Below, piece after piece: positions 26,320 to 39,923 of a DNA stretch of 64,000 bases. The notes beneath the pieces were generated by a model, which was not told where the DNA came from, made no database searches, and saw only the letters and a program-made list of their open reading frames with translations. The position numbers and the translations under genes are program-made. The DNA lies in the NCBI GenBank assembly GCA_951406725.2, contig OX597827.1, forward strand, positions 41,602,001 through 41,666,000. Direction: 5' to 3'. The first letter of the stretch is position 1; each line of letters opens with the position of its first letter. This DNA comes from Octopus vulgaris (taxonomy: Eukaryota).

Positions 26320-26742
26320 TCTTTATTGCCCACAGGGGGCTAAATATAGAGAGGACAAACAAAAACAGACAAACGGATTAAGTCGATTACATCGACTCAA
26401 GTGCATAACTGGTACTTATTTAATCAACCCCGGAAAGGATGAAAGGCAAAGTCAACCTCGGCGGAATTTGAACTCAGAACGTCAGAACGTAGCGGCAGAC
26501 GAAATACCTATTTCTTTACTACCCACAAGGGGCTAAACACAGAGAGAACAAACAAGGACAGACAAACAGATTAAGTCGATTACATCAACCCCAGTGCGTA
26601 ACTGGTACTTATTTAATCGACCCCGAAAGGATGAAAGGCAAAGTCGACCTCGGCGGAATTTGAACTCAGAGGTCGACTTTGCCTTTAATACCGCTAAGCA
26701 TTTCGTCCGACGTGCTAACGATTCAGCCAGCTCGCCGCCTTA
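26320..26742 (-). mobile_element. Dimeric SINE family B with a Tx1-like tail and 16-bp TSD
   Basis: One head plus two core/tail units; TSD gcgttataggtttata at 26304-26319 and 26743-26758. Confidence 0.9.
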
Positions 26743-26924
26743 GCGTTATAGGTTTATAATGAGCTTCAACATGTTTTGTGTTTCGGTTCATACAACTTAA
26801 TTTCATTTCGCTTTTGTGGTTTTTCTTTTTCTTCAACGATAGAGTCTAGAGAAAAAGGCAATGCCCATAGGTTCTGTAAGCCTTGCAAACGACTCCCGTA
26901 GCACACCTACACGCCGACGAGCCA

Positions 26925-27125
26925 AGAAGGGTGTTACTCCTTGGTCGCTCGGTTTGTGAAAAACCGAAGCAAAATTACTTTAAAACACATTCTGTCTTAA
27001 AAAAGCGGTACGTAGAATATCAATAGTTCTGGGTTTCCAATAAATACTGAAAAAAAAAAATGAAATGGTCACGGTTGGAATGTCTTTGATCATAGATCAT
27101 CTCTATAAGGACCGACCTGGGACTA
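26925..27125 (+). repeat. Unclassified ~200-bp interspersed repeat (family E)
   Basis: Shares tggtcgctc...aaatt... and atgg-cac-g-t-gaa-gtctttgatcat blocks with 29262-29442; partial reverse-complement matches at 16195-16280 and 16995-17110. Confidence 0.5.
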
Positions 27126-27139
27126 CATAATAATAATAA

Positions 27140-27420
27140 TAATCTTTTCTACTAAAGGCACACGGCCTGAAACTTTGTGGGGAGGGGAGGGGACAAGTCG
27201 ATTACAATGACCCCAGTGTTTCACTGGTGCTTAATTTATCGACCCCGAAAAGATGAAAGGCAAAGTCGATCTCGGCTGAATTTGAACTTAGAACGTAAAG
27301 ACGGACAAAATACCTATTTCTTTGCTACCCACAAGGGGCTAAACACAGAGGAGACAAACAAGGACAGACAAACGGATTAAGTCAATTACATAGACCCCAG
27401 TGTGTAACTGGTACTTATTC
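27140..27420 (-). mobile_element. SINE family B chimera (Tx1-like-tail unit joined to a unit with the alternative tail), 5'-truncated
   Basis: Junction aaatacctatttctttg at about 27307-27323 is the same as in the 26320 dimer. Confidence 0.8.
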
Positions 27421-27633
27421 GTGTAGTGAGAGAAAGATTATAACCGAAGCGACCCATGATGAAAGGCTCTCTAGTCTAGGCCATCCCATCGATTATCATT
27501 ATTCAAACACAGTGTTTTTAGTACTAGCTCGTACTTGGGGGATTGTGTGTATGTAACGGTGAAAAGAGTTGAACAAAGTAGGAGAGTTTAACAGGAGTTT
27601 GTGTATGTGCGTGTATGTGTGTGTATGTGTGAA

Positions 27634-27667
<34 letters not shown>

Positions 27668-27929
27668 TGAGAATGTGTGGAATATGTTTGAGTGCGAAAC
27701 TTGTATGAGTTTGAAATTAAGTGGGTCGCAAATGTAACGGCTGTTACATTAAGTGGGTCGCAAATGTAAAGCGCTGTTTACCGTAGAAATTTAGAGAAAG
27801 CAGTGAAGTTTTCTATAGATTTTGTTAGAAGAAAGAGATCGTGCTCCCGACCTTTACAAGTCAACCAAGACTATTCAGATTAACACAGTTGGGGGTTTAA
27901 CTAGAAAATCAGTAAAGATCCGTTTGGTT

Positions 27930-28550
27930 AGGGGCCAGAATGTTCTGCTGCAATGTGGGAAGTCAGAGAGCGTAAAGAGAGTTTGAGACACGATGGTATT
28001 GCTGAAAGGCGGCGAACTGGCAGAATCGTTAGCACGCTGGGCGAAATGCTTGGCAGTATTTCGTCTGCCGCTACGTTCTGAGTTCAAATTCCGCCGAGGT
28101 CGACTTTGCCTTTCATCCTTTCGGGGTCGATTAATTAAGTACCAGTTACGCACTGGGGTTGATATAATTAACTTAATCCGTTTGTCTGTCCTTGTTTGTC
28201 CTCTCTGTGTTTGGCCCCTTGTGGGTAGTAATGAAATAGGTATTGCTGATTACATGATAGCGATCTTGTAGAAGTTGCAGTGGTAAGTTAAGGCCTTTAA
28301 GTTGTCGTCGTTTGTGGGGTGACTTGTTCCTAGGGCTGCCGTTAGTATTTCCTTTATTGGAAAGCTGCAAAGCACGTAGCGGAAAGCGAAATATTAATAG
28401 GGGATTGTCGGTTTTTGCAAAGGAAATAAGTGAAAGTACATAAGGGAACAGAAACTGTCACGCACGGTAAGTGATGTGAGGAATATGATTGGAAAAGTGT
28501 GAAGTGCCTTTGCTGTTAATGTTTGTCAGTAGAGAACTGGAGGAAATCGA
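27930..28550 (+). mobile_element. Decayed RTE-like APE endonuclease fragment (host of the 28006 SINE)
   Basis: FCCNVGS (NV motif) and downstream G+VG-like residues; heavily disrupted. Confidence 0.35.
28006..28238 (+). mobile_element. SINE family B monomer with Tx1-like tail and 11-bp TSD
   Basis: TSD ggtattgctga at 27995-28005 and 28239-28249. Confidence 0.9.
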
Positions 28551-28659
28551 ATGAGATGAGTTTAAAACCGATCACAGCTGACAGTAACATTATTTCTGCT
28601 TATGGTTATTATCAGTTCTAATGGCAACGCTAGCATAAAATACTTGCAGAGCGCCTAAA

Positions 28660-30360
28660 CCACCTTCATCAACCCCCACCAAAAACCACAATCATAGAAA
28701 GTAGCATAAAAAAGAAAAAAATGCCACCACTATCACCAGCAGAAGCAGCAGCACCCTCCCCCACTGTCAATAACATCACACTTGCCATGATCACTACTTT
28801 ATACAGAACCAAACCTAACCCTTCAAGCAACCTTTCTGCCACTACCATCATCCCTATCGCTACCACTACCACCAACACTATCAGTACCAAAACCACACCA
28901 CACTGCTCAACTCCACCACCAAGTTCAGCTACAAACACCAATACTGACCACCATCACCATCGCAATCACCATCAACCCTAATGTTATTAACATCACACCT
29001 GTCGCAACCGCCGTTATTAAAATACGGACTCTCTTCTCCGAATACTACTATCAACACCAGTATGACCAACACCGCCATAACCAACATTAGCAACAGAAAA
29101 CAATCACAAACACCGCTTCCTTTAACCCACCGAAAGTAATCTCCCAACCGCTACCACCACCACCACCACCACCACCACCACCACGAACTACAACAACAAC
29201 AACAACAACAACAACACCAACATTACCACCATTGCCGCCGCCGACGCAGCTGTTGCCTACAGGACGAAGGAGCCTCTACGTAGTCGCTCAATCTGCAAGA
29301 AATAGCAGCCAAATTTCTCTCATGTAATTCTTGTTTAAAAGGAGAAAATACATTTGGGCAATGTGGCTCTAATTATAATGAAAAGACAGGATGGCCACAG
29401 CTAGAAGGTCTTTGATCATCGTCTGTTCAGTCAGAGCTGATATGCTGAACAAAAACATAAAAATCGCAACATCTCTCCACCATTACCACAACGCCCACCT
29501 CACCAACGCTTTCACCATCACCACTACCATTACCATCGGCACCACCATCACTACAATCACCAACAATACCACCACCACAAAAAACAATACCAGCATCACC
29601 ATCATCAATACCACTACATCTCCATCATCACCACCGCCACCACCGTCACTACCGCCATTTCGACAACCACCTCGACTACCATCACCACCATCACCACCAC
29701 TACCACTATCACCACCACCACTACCACTATCACCACCACCACTACCACCACCTCCATGCCACCACTGCCCCCGCCGTCGCCACCACCAACACCACCACAG
29801 TCTGCATCAGCACTGCCGCCACCGCCACCGTCACTGTCACTGTCACTATCACCGCCCCCACCTTCACTACCATCGCCGCCATCAACACTAAACACACCCC
29901 TGCTAGTGTCACTTTCACCTTCAACAAGAAGCGAGCCACCGCCATTACCGCCGACACCGTTACTCTCAGAGCTTCCACCGTAACCGCCCCCGAAACCATC
30001 CTCACCACCACCACCACCACCACCACCACCACCACCACTACCACTGCCGCCACATCACCACAACCACGTCACCAGCCCTCCACCGCCACCCCCACTCATG
30101 TGATAGTCACCGCCATCGTTATTAATATCACTGCCGCTCTCGCCACCGGAACCGACACAGCCACCACCACCGCCGCCATCACTAACAACAACAACAACAA
30201 CAGGCCACCACCAGCACCACCACCAACACCAACACCAACAACAATAGCAATAACACCATCAGCAGTACCACCGCTGCCGCCGCCGCCACCGCTATTGCGC
30301 CGCCACTGCTGCCGCCGCCACCGCCACCGCTGTTGCTCCGCCACTGCTGCCGCTGCCATT
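28660..30360 (+). repeat. (ACC)n/(GCC)n/(AAC)n low-complexity field
   Basis: Degenerate trinucleotide repeats with stops in all frames; contains a family E repeat at 29262-29442. Confidence 0.85.
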
Positions 30361-30479
30361 ACGCTGCAGGACGAACGAAAGCAATGGAGTGATCAATATT
30401 TCTCATAATTGATTATACAATTTCCATGAATTATAGCTACCTTATATGAAAATGATTTGGACACTCACGCACGGAGAAA

Positions 30480-31380
<901 letters not shown>

Positions 31381-32403
31381 GTAATTTCTTCCGTACCGTG
31401 ATTTTATACTTGTATGCAAGAATATGGACACATCGATATTGAGCGGATTTTGCCAATAGTGGTAGAATCAAATATGGCATCGTATCATACGTTTCCTGAT
31501 GTCTTGAGTTATGCCTTCATAAAAGATAGCGAAAATTTCATACTGTGTCCACAAGTCGAGTTTAGTTCCGTTTTTACGTTCCTTACTCGGCTGGAATAGT
31601 TCACGAGATACCATTTTTCAGTTAATCATGTACCGCAGCTTTTCGAAGTGTTACCGAATAGGATAGCACAGCTGATATTGGACCTGGTCACGTTAGTGGA
31701 CACACGTTTATATTTTTTTCAAGGAAGTGTATTTCTTTTTGAAAACATTTCAAGAATTTATGTGTTGCTATAATCTGTTTTTAAGTGGGTTTTCTGTTAG
31801 GCCAATGATTTTTCAGTCAATAAGATCTAATATGAGATATTTTTTAAGGTGTATCTATCTCTAAAATGGCTGAAAAGATATTATTGCAACACACACGCAC
31901 GTGTAATATATATATTTATACATATTTATAAATAAGGATAAATTAATAAGCATATCGATATTAGTCGGATGTGCGCTGTAAAGATTGCATTCGGACAGCT
32001 TTACAATTTCACGCAACTGACGGCCTTCTGTACGTGTAGTAATCATTATGACCTGCACACGCACACACATACACACGTTTACATATATACATTCACACAT
32101 TTTCACGCATAGACACATACATATATACATATATACACGCCCATATAGGCTTGGTTGAACGAACACAAAAGATAGAACGCAATGTACGAGTATACATACT
32201 ATTCTATTCCTTTTTAATCTGTAGAAAGCCACAAACGTGGTTCAAGGGCCGAGAGTTTCGTTCATAGCATTTATCAAGCTGGGTTTAAATCAAGGAACTT
32301 CTTTGTCATATAGGATGAACTGTAATTTATTCTGGAATGTTCGATTAAAAATAAATATTTAAGGTCACGTGAAAAATAGGCATTTTCACGTGGTCCTTCA
32401 ACT

Positions 32404-32408
32404 GTATA

Positions 32409-32484
<76 letters not shown>

Positions 32485-33232
32485 CATATATATATATACA
32501 TATATATACATATACATATATATATATATACATATACATATATATATATTTATATATATATGTATATATACACGTACGTGTTTACAAGTATACAAACATA
32601 CATATACCATACGTATGCACATACAAATATGTATGTATGCATGTTTATATGCTTACAAGCATACATTTATGCATGGCTTCTTCACTGATGTTGTCTAAAT
32701 TCCAATAAAAGAGCTTTATGTCCAGGATAGAAAGCAACTCTCTCTGCAATAGTGAGAAATTCGAAAATTAAAACGTAGGAAACAAATATACGCACACATA
32801 CGCGCGTACACACACGCTTGCATGCACGCACGCATATATACATCAATACTTATATACACACACATATATACTTATACATATGCAGACATGTATGCATACA
32901 AATATACACGCACACACACGCGTACATATACATACGGATGCACAGACTCACACACATATATATGTATAATATAGATATATATATATATACAATCATACAT
33001 ACATCGATATATATACATATGTAAATTTGTGTGTGAGCACGAATGCGCATATTTATGTATAAATATATACATACATGCACACGTATATATATATATATAT
33101 ACGCACATACACATATACGTACATACGTATGTTTACATATATACATACAGGCATATACACAGAAGTGCACACAAACACGCACATCCACTCACACCCGTAT
33201 ATATACATATATACCTATATATATATATATAT

Positions 33233-33271
<39 letters not shown>

Positions 33272-33590
33272 TACATACATACATATACACATACATGTAT
33301 GTATAAATATACATGCATATATATATACATGCATATGCGCACATTCCCACTCAAATGCAGATGCACGTATACGCACGTATACTTACTCAATCATAGTATA
33401 TACATACATACATACATACATACATACATACATGTACACGTATGGTATGATTTAAGTATATCATTGTTGAATTGCTTCATGGTGGTTCTTCTCTAATTTA
33501 TATACATATATACACATACTTACATATATATGTATGTATATATATACACATACATATATACACATACATATATAAGTTCATACGTACACA
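32404..33590. repeat. (TA)n/(CA)n microsatellite field
   Basis: Visible simple repeats. Confidence 0.9.
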
Positions 33591-33898
33591 CTTGTCTTTT
33601 TGAACGATCAGCTTCCGGTTAGGTGACTTTCGAAGATGATATCATTAAATCACAGAATCAATCTCTTCAAAATCAATGAAGGATCAAAAGATCTTTCCCT
33701 ATTCCATCCTCTCATCTATTACCATTCCCTTTGTAACAGCCCCCTCGCACTTCGTACCCCCACTTTCCTCCGCACTCCTTAACATCCTAAATGTTCTTTT
33801 TACAATCTCTCGGCTCCCCCCACCTAAACCACAACCACTCCCCTCCTACACCCAACACCCTTCTCTTCTTCCCCTTCCGCTTACCCATTTCTCTCCGC

Positions 33899-33935
<37 letters not shown>

Positions 33936-34019
33936 CTCTCTTCTACTTTCTCTCTTTTAACATGTCAGCTAATTTGGCTATCTCTTTTCAAAGCTTTCTC
34001 TTAACAGTGTTAATAATAT

Positions 34020-34079
34020 ATGATGCTGATGCTGATGATGATAATGAAGATGATGACGATAGTAATAATAATAATAATG

Positions 34080-34125
<46 letters not shown>

Positions 34126-34178
34126 TAATAATGAAATGAACAATAATGATAATAATAAAAACAACAATAATGACGATG

Positions 34179-34221
<43 letters not shown>

Positions 34222-34222
34222 C

Positions 34223-34254
<32 letters not shown>

Positions 34255-34293
34255 TAATAATAATAATAATAACAACAACAACAACATCAATAA
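34020..34293 (+). repeat. (AAT)n/(GAT)n/(AAC)n microsatellite
   Basis: Visible array. Confidence 0.95.
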
Positions 34294-34711
34294 TATTTCT
34301 GTTCTTTATCAGCAATTGAGGGCAACGTATTCAATATATTTATGCATACAATACATGAAGAACTTGAAAAACTAGGGAAGGTGGTAAGCAGTAGTTTGTA
34401 AAACTGTGTGAGGATGAAGAAGGCATAGCGATATAAAACGAGATGGGTGTGTCAGTGATGTTATACAAAGAAACAGGATAAAAATTCGTATGAAATAAAG
34501 ATATATGATAAATATGTGACTACAAAGGCACACGTAAGATATAAAAATAAGATATTTAAGAGTGCATAAAGGAAACGTTTCGGGTAACTCATTCGCATGC
34601 ACAAGTAAGTGACCACTGGTTAGGTCAGACCAGAGGACTTATGACCCTACCCCTTTATCACAGCGTGTATTGGAGTTTGATGTGTAGAAAAAAGTGCCGG
34701 TTGATATCCTT

Positions 34712-35070
34712 TATGTACCCATGCTCCGGGGGTTCATATTTTCTTCTTCCGAACACTCTTGCTCTGGTTACTCATGTTTTACATCTTCTAGAGTACTCAT
34801 GCTTCGGGTCCTCATACACCACGTCCTCAAAGTATTTGTACTTCCAGCATTCATCCTTTATAACTCCAGATCATTGGTGCTTTACAGTCTCCAAACACTC
34901 AAGCTCCGTCCGGGTACACGTGCTTCACGTTTTCCAGCATTTACGCTCTGGGTACTTATGCTTTAAGTCTCAGCAACATCCACACTCTAGGTACTTGTGT
35001 GTAGCGTTCTCTGAGCACTCATATTATGCCGTGTACGCATGTATTACGACCTTCGATTGCTTATGCTTCA
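34712..35070 (+). repeat. Highly diverged minisatellite built on a G(T/C)ACTCATGCT motif
   Basis: gtacccatgct, acactcttgct, ttactcatgtt, gtactcatgct, acactcaagct, gtacttatgct and gcactcatatt recur at about 15/22-bp alternating spacing. Confidence 0.6.
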
Positions 35071-35529
35071 ACGGGCAAAAAGTTTTAGCTCCCATTTTTA
35101 AAGAAATAATTGTAAAGAAATTATTTAAAGAATTAATCCCATTTTTAAAGAAATAATTTAATAGAAATAATTGTATATTCCAGCCTTAATTTCCTCTTCT
35201 TTTCCTGTTTTGTCCCTCTATCTTTTAAACTCATTTTTTTCCGCATCGTCAGGCAAATTTATATTTGTGCAACGAAGGAAGCAGCTTTCTCCTTCAAACA
35301 TGCTTCACTAAAAACTCGATAATATCCAAGCGTGGTCTTTTTTTTTTTCTTTAAGAGTATAATCCTATTTTTCTTGCTGTCTTTTTAGAAATATGGAATT
35401 ACCAGGAAGAGTAGATTCCCAGTCCCTTCGCTCCCATCCCTTTTAGTCGCCTGTTACGCCACTCAGGAAATATGGCGATTGCATTCTACCAATCCCCCCC
35501 CACTCCAGTCGCAGATGTTTTATTAGTTT

Positions 35530-35685
35530 ACCCATAGCTGGGACCCTTACAGGTGCCACCACTCCGAGCCAGAGTAAACTTGGGAACAATAATGGTTAAG
35601 AGGTGGTTCCACACTCCTCAAACCCTGAAACCAGAGCCCTAGGGTCCCGCTATCGGATGTAGCTTATAGTCATATCCAGGACATA
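35530..35685 (-). mobile_element. Probable SINE/LINE-UTR body fragment, family unassigned
   Basis: Resembles, from memory, a widespread invertebrate repeat motif (ccaccactccg-g-cagagt--ac-tggga-caat); single copy in this window. Confidence 0.4.
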
Positions 35686-35889
35686 TTTCCATAGTTTTCA
35701 ATTTGGTGTCTGGGCGTTCCAAAATCCACCCAGGTGCATATTACGAACGACCATGAACTTCAGACCATAATCGTTGCCGTCGTTATCTTGTTGCATTTTC
35801 ACATGCCTTAAGACTAGATTCGCCTTTCATCTGCTTAGTCTTCTTAACCCAAGTTTTTCCTTTACTTCCTCGGCAGGTTTCTATTCATC

Positions 35890-36005
35890 TCCGCCTTTCA
35901 CCCTTTCGGTATCGGTAAAATAAGTACCAGTTAAGTACTGGAGTCGATGTAATCGACTTATCCTTCTCCCTCGTAATTACCGGCCTTGTTCCAAAAGTTG
36001 AAACC
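35890..36005 (+). mobile_element. SINE family B 3' part
   Basis: gcctttcaccctttcggtatcggtaaaataagtaccag core plus tail. Confidence 0.75.
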
Positions 36006-36112
36006 AATACTACTCTTGTGATTTATAGAGGTGAAACGTATGTACGTATTTGCAGATGTGTTTGTACATTCATGTATTTATTATTTACGTACAAATATTT
36101 GTGTACACTACA

Positions 36113-36323
36113 AGGCCACGAGCTGGCGGAATCGTTAGCACGTCGGGTAAAATGCCCATCGGCATTTCACCCGTCTTTACGTTCTGAGCTTAAATTCCAC
36201 CGAGGTCGACTTTGCCTTTCATCCTTTCGAGGTCGATAAAACATGTACCAGTCGTGTACTGGGGTTGTTGTAATCAACTGGTCCCCCATCCCAACTTGCT
36301 GGCCTTGTGCCAAAGTTTGAAAA
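36113..36323 (+). mobile_element. SINE family B, full length
   Basis: Head, Meta-like core and ggccttgtgccaaagtttgaa tail. Confidence 0.85.
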
Positions 36324-37695
36324 AATGTTCGTGTACATTTCCGTAGACATATATTTTTCATGTAACAATTTCGAATTACACGTCACGTAATTTCTCTGTC
36401 TTCCTCATTTTTATCGAAAGACGTCGCCAGTTTTACTTTATTTTCTGTGTTTTTTATGAATTATTCTTCCTTTGGAATTTAGTTGCTCGTTTTACTCTTT
36501 AAATTTTAACTGTATTATTTATTCAAATATTAATAAAAAAAGCTCTCTCTGGGCGAACATTCTGTCTAGCTTCTGTAGAAGTCTGTTGGGCCTTCGGCTG
36601 AAAGTAAAATATAAAATTGGAAAACATAAAAAAGACGTGAGATAACATCAATAATTCTTTATTTGCATAAATATAACTTTTTTGAGTCAAAATTTCGTCT
36701 GGTTTTAAAAAAAAAAAAATGTTAAGAAAAGCCAAACTTCATGCAATAACAAAAGTATTAACAGTAAAAATATGAGAAATATCCAACTGTGGTATATTTG
36801 AATCTGACGGAAGGATAAAAGATCAGTTTTAAACAAGACCCACTGTTTAGAATAAAAAATAACTTCCTCTGTGCATCAAAAAACTTAACCTATGCAATTT
36901 CTTGCTCAAGATGTAGAGAAAACTACACAGGAGAAACCGGGATGTAATTAAGACAAAGCATGTCTCTGCATAGGTTGCAAATTAAAACACGGAAACATAC
37001 ATAAGTATAACTCAGAGAACATATAGACACATGGGCGGGTAAGAAACAACCAAACTTTACGATCGTCACCTTATACCAATTTAGAAATTGCACAACACAA
37101 CAACAATAATTCATCAAAGAAATATCTTTCAAACCCAAATATTGACCACTTGTAAATCACTGTGGGTAAGAAAGAGTGACAATTACTAAAACTACTGCGG
37201 ATGCAAGTTCCCCTACTACTGCTACTGCTTCCCCAAGGGGGCAATACCGCCACTGCTACTACAACCAATGCTGAAGCTATCACTGCAGTTGTAGCTAGTT
37301 AGGTTGACACAGCTACCACCATGATTACTACGCCACTATCAGTGCTGCTACTTCTGTAACAAACAACCAGTCTGTAATGACCAAGGACAGCTGCTACTGC
37401 TTCAACTACTAGTACTACTACAACCCAGCAAGCATCAGAAGGAAAACCGATTATCAGTGCTATGGGAATTTTGTATTTAATTTTATTGCAAGTTACACTC
37501 ACTTCATTTTCAGCATGATTAAATCGATTTTTAAAACCACTGAAACTGGTAGCATGTTTGGATAAAACTGTCCCCCCTTCCTTTTATCCACGACAAAGTT
37601 GTCAATGTATTTTTTGTTTTGTCTTTTAATTTAAATTTACTCGTGTGAAACCTCTTAACCTTTTCAATATTATATGTAGATATATATATATGTAG

Positions 37696-37815
37696 TGCAG
37701 GCGTGGCTTGCTTCCCGACCACATGGTTCCGGGTTCAGTCCTACTGTGTGGTACCTTCGGCGATTGTCTTCTACTATAGTCCCGAGTTGACCAAAGCTTG
37801 TGAGTGGATTTGGTA
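37696..37815 (+). mobile_element. SINE family A head fragment
   Basis: ccacatggttccgggttcagtcc...gtggatttggtag. Confidence 0.8.
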
Positions 37816-38053
37816 GTCCTGGGTAACTTAGGACCTGTTGGGGTCCATCCCTCGGTAGGTTGGACCACGGCCTGCACTTTTCTAGGAGGAGACAAGGGGA
37901 AAAAAAGAGTTAACGAAAGAGAGAAATCGTTCCAAGTACAGAAGTGGTTCTTTATTGACCACAAAATAATGAATAATGATATCTTAAATGGGAACTACTG
38001 AGGCGGGACGATTACCGCAAAGCAATCCACTCGACACTAGACCACTCTGGTAA

Positions 38054-39484
38054 CACTGGGCAACAAAGATTTTGCTATTGGGGTAAATGCATGTATTTTA
38101 GACTAAATCGAGGATGCTGATTCCGAATCCGCACTCAGAATTGTTCTAGCACGTCAAGATTTTGAGTTATGCTCATGCGCAAGATTATAACGATACTGAC
38201 GGCAATGCACTCATGCAAAAACTAGGACGCGTGCATGTGGCTAAAGAATGGAGATTATTTATAGACTCAAACAAGGTTAAGCCTCAAAGCTGTGTTGTTA
38301 CATAATAGTATTGAAAAAACTTCCATTTCTGTGGGTCATGCTGTCGGTATGGAAGAAACTTATGAATGGATGGGACTCATTATGCAAGGAGTTAATTATT
38401 CAGTTCATAAGCGGAATATTTGTGGTGGTTTAAAGGTGATTTCCCTCCTCTTAGGACTGCAACTGGGATATACCAAAAATATGTGCTTCTTGTGTGTTTG
38501 GAACAGCCGCGACGACAGCAATCATTACACTGTAAAAGACAGACCTAAAAGAGATGAGCGCATAGTTGGTCGGTACAATGTACAGCATATGCCACTGGTA
38601 GACCGGCAAAAGATCTTCCTTTCACCCCTTCACATCAAACTCGGCCTCATATAAAAACCATCATAAAAGCAATGGTAAAAACGATGGTTGTGGCTTCCAG
38701 TACCTAAAAGTAAAATTTGGTGTAGAGAAAAGTGACGCAAAACTGAAAGCAGGTATTTTCATTGGACCCGAGATCAGAGAATTGATGTCTGAGAGCAAGT
38801 TCAGCGATAAACTGAATCCAGTTGAGCTGACGGCATGGGATTCATTCGTGTTAGTTGAACAGAACTTTTTTTGAAATCATAGAACTGCCAGCTCTGCTGA
38901 CTTAATAAACAACATGCTAACAGCGTATGGATGAATGGAATGCCGAATGTCCCTTAAAATGTACTTCTTGCATTCCGATCTCGATTTTTTTTCCGACGAA
39001 TCTTGGTGCCGTTAGTGATGAGCATGGTGAGAGGTTTCACCAGGCTATATCTGAGATAGAAACGAGGTATCAAGGCCGAGTCAATTCACACATGATGAGT
39101 GAATACTGCTGGTTCCAACAACGGGAGACCTGCACGAAGCATAAACACAAGAGCAAGTGTCTCAAACATTTCTGAGCTGAGCATATCAAAAACAAAGTCA
39201 GTATTCCCTTAACAAAAATATACTATAAACTATTATATTATGATAGTATTTGCCTTTAACATAAACATACTATATACAGTATTAATATACTATTATAATA
39301 ATTACTTACATCGAACATAATTCCTGATACTAATACAGTATATATATATAATTATGCGCATAACTCAAAATCCTGACGTGCTACGACAATTCTGAGTTCA
39401 GATTCGGAATCGGCGTATTAGATTTAGTTTAGCACAGCACCATTTGTCTGGGTAGCAGGCAATAATTATGTTTTTTGTTGCCCA
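38054..39484 (+). mobile_element. Chapaev3-like (CMC superfamily) DNA transposon, internally deleted, pseudogenised transposase
   Basis: Termini CACTGGGCAACAAA / TTTGTTGCCCA and a long imperfect subterminal IR (38102-38175 vs 39354-39428). Transposase motifs: WRLFIDS, AVLLHN, GYTKNMCFLCVWNSR, PLHIKLGL, AGIFIGPEIRELM, MSLKMYFLHS.LDFF, AVSDEHGERFHQ.I...E.RYQG. Confidence 0.85.
38248..39175 (+). pseudogene. Transposase C-terminal half with frameshifts and stops
   Basis: Spans track ORFs 38292-38654 and 38927-39175 plus the intervening broken frames. Confidence 0.85.
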
Positions 39485-39559
39485 TAATTGGCTGCCTTGT
39501 ATATCTCCCCTTCTTTCTCCATACCATCTCCTCAGTCTATCTATTCATATGTATGTGCC

Positions 39560-39820
39560 TGTATAGGTTTATTTATACATACGTATATTCACACACACAC
39601 TCACACACATATATATATGGTATATATGCATACATACGCACACATATTTGCATACATTCACGTATATGTAATTGTATTCATATTTATACACATATTTGAA
39701 CGCACACGCATTGATACGTGTATTCATATATACATATATATATATTACACACACACACACATATATATATGTATGTATATATATGTGTGTTCGTGTGTCT
39801 GTGTGTACTCAAATATTAAG

Positions 39821-39859
<39 letters not shown>

Positions 39860-39866
39860 TATATAC

Positions 39867-39923
<57 letters not shown>

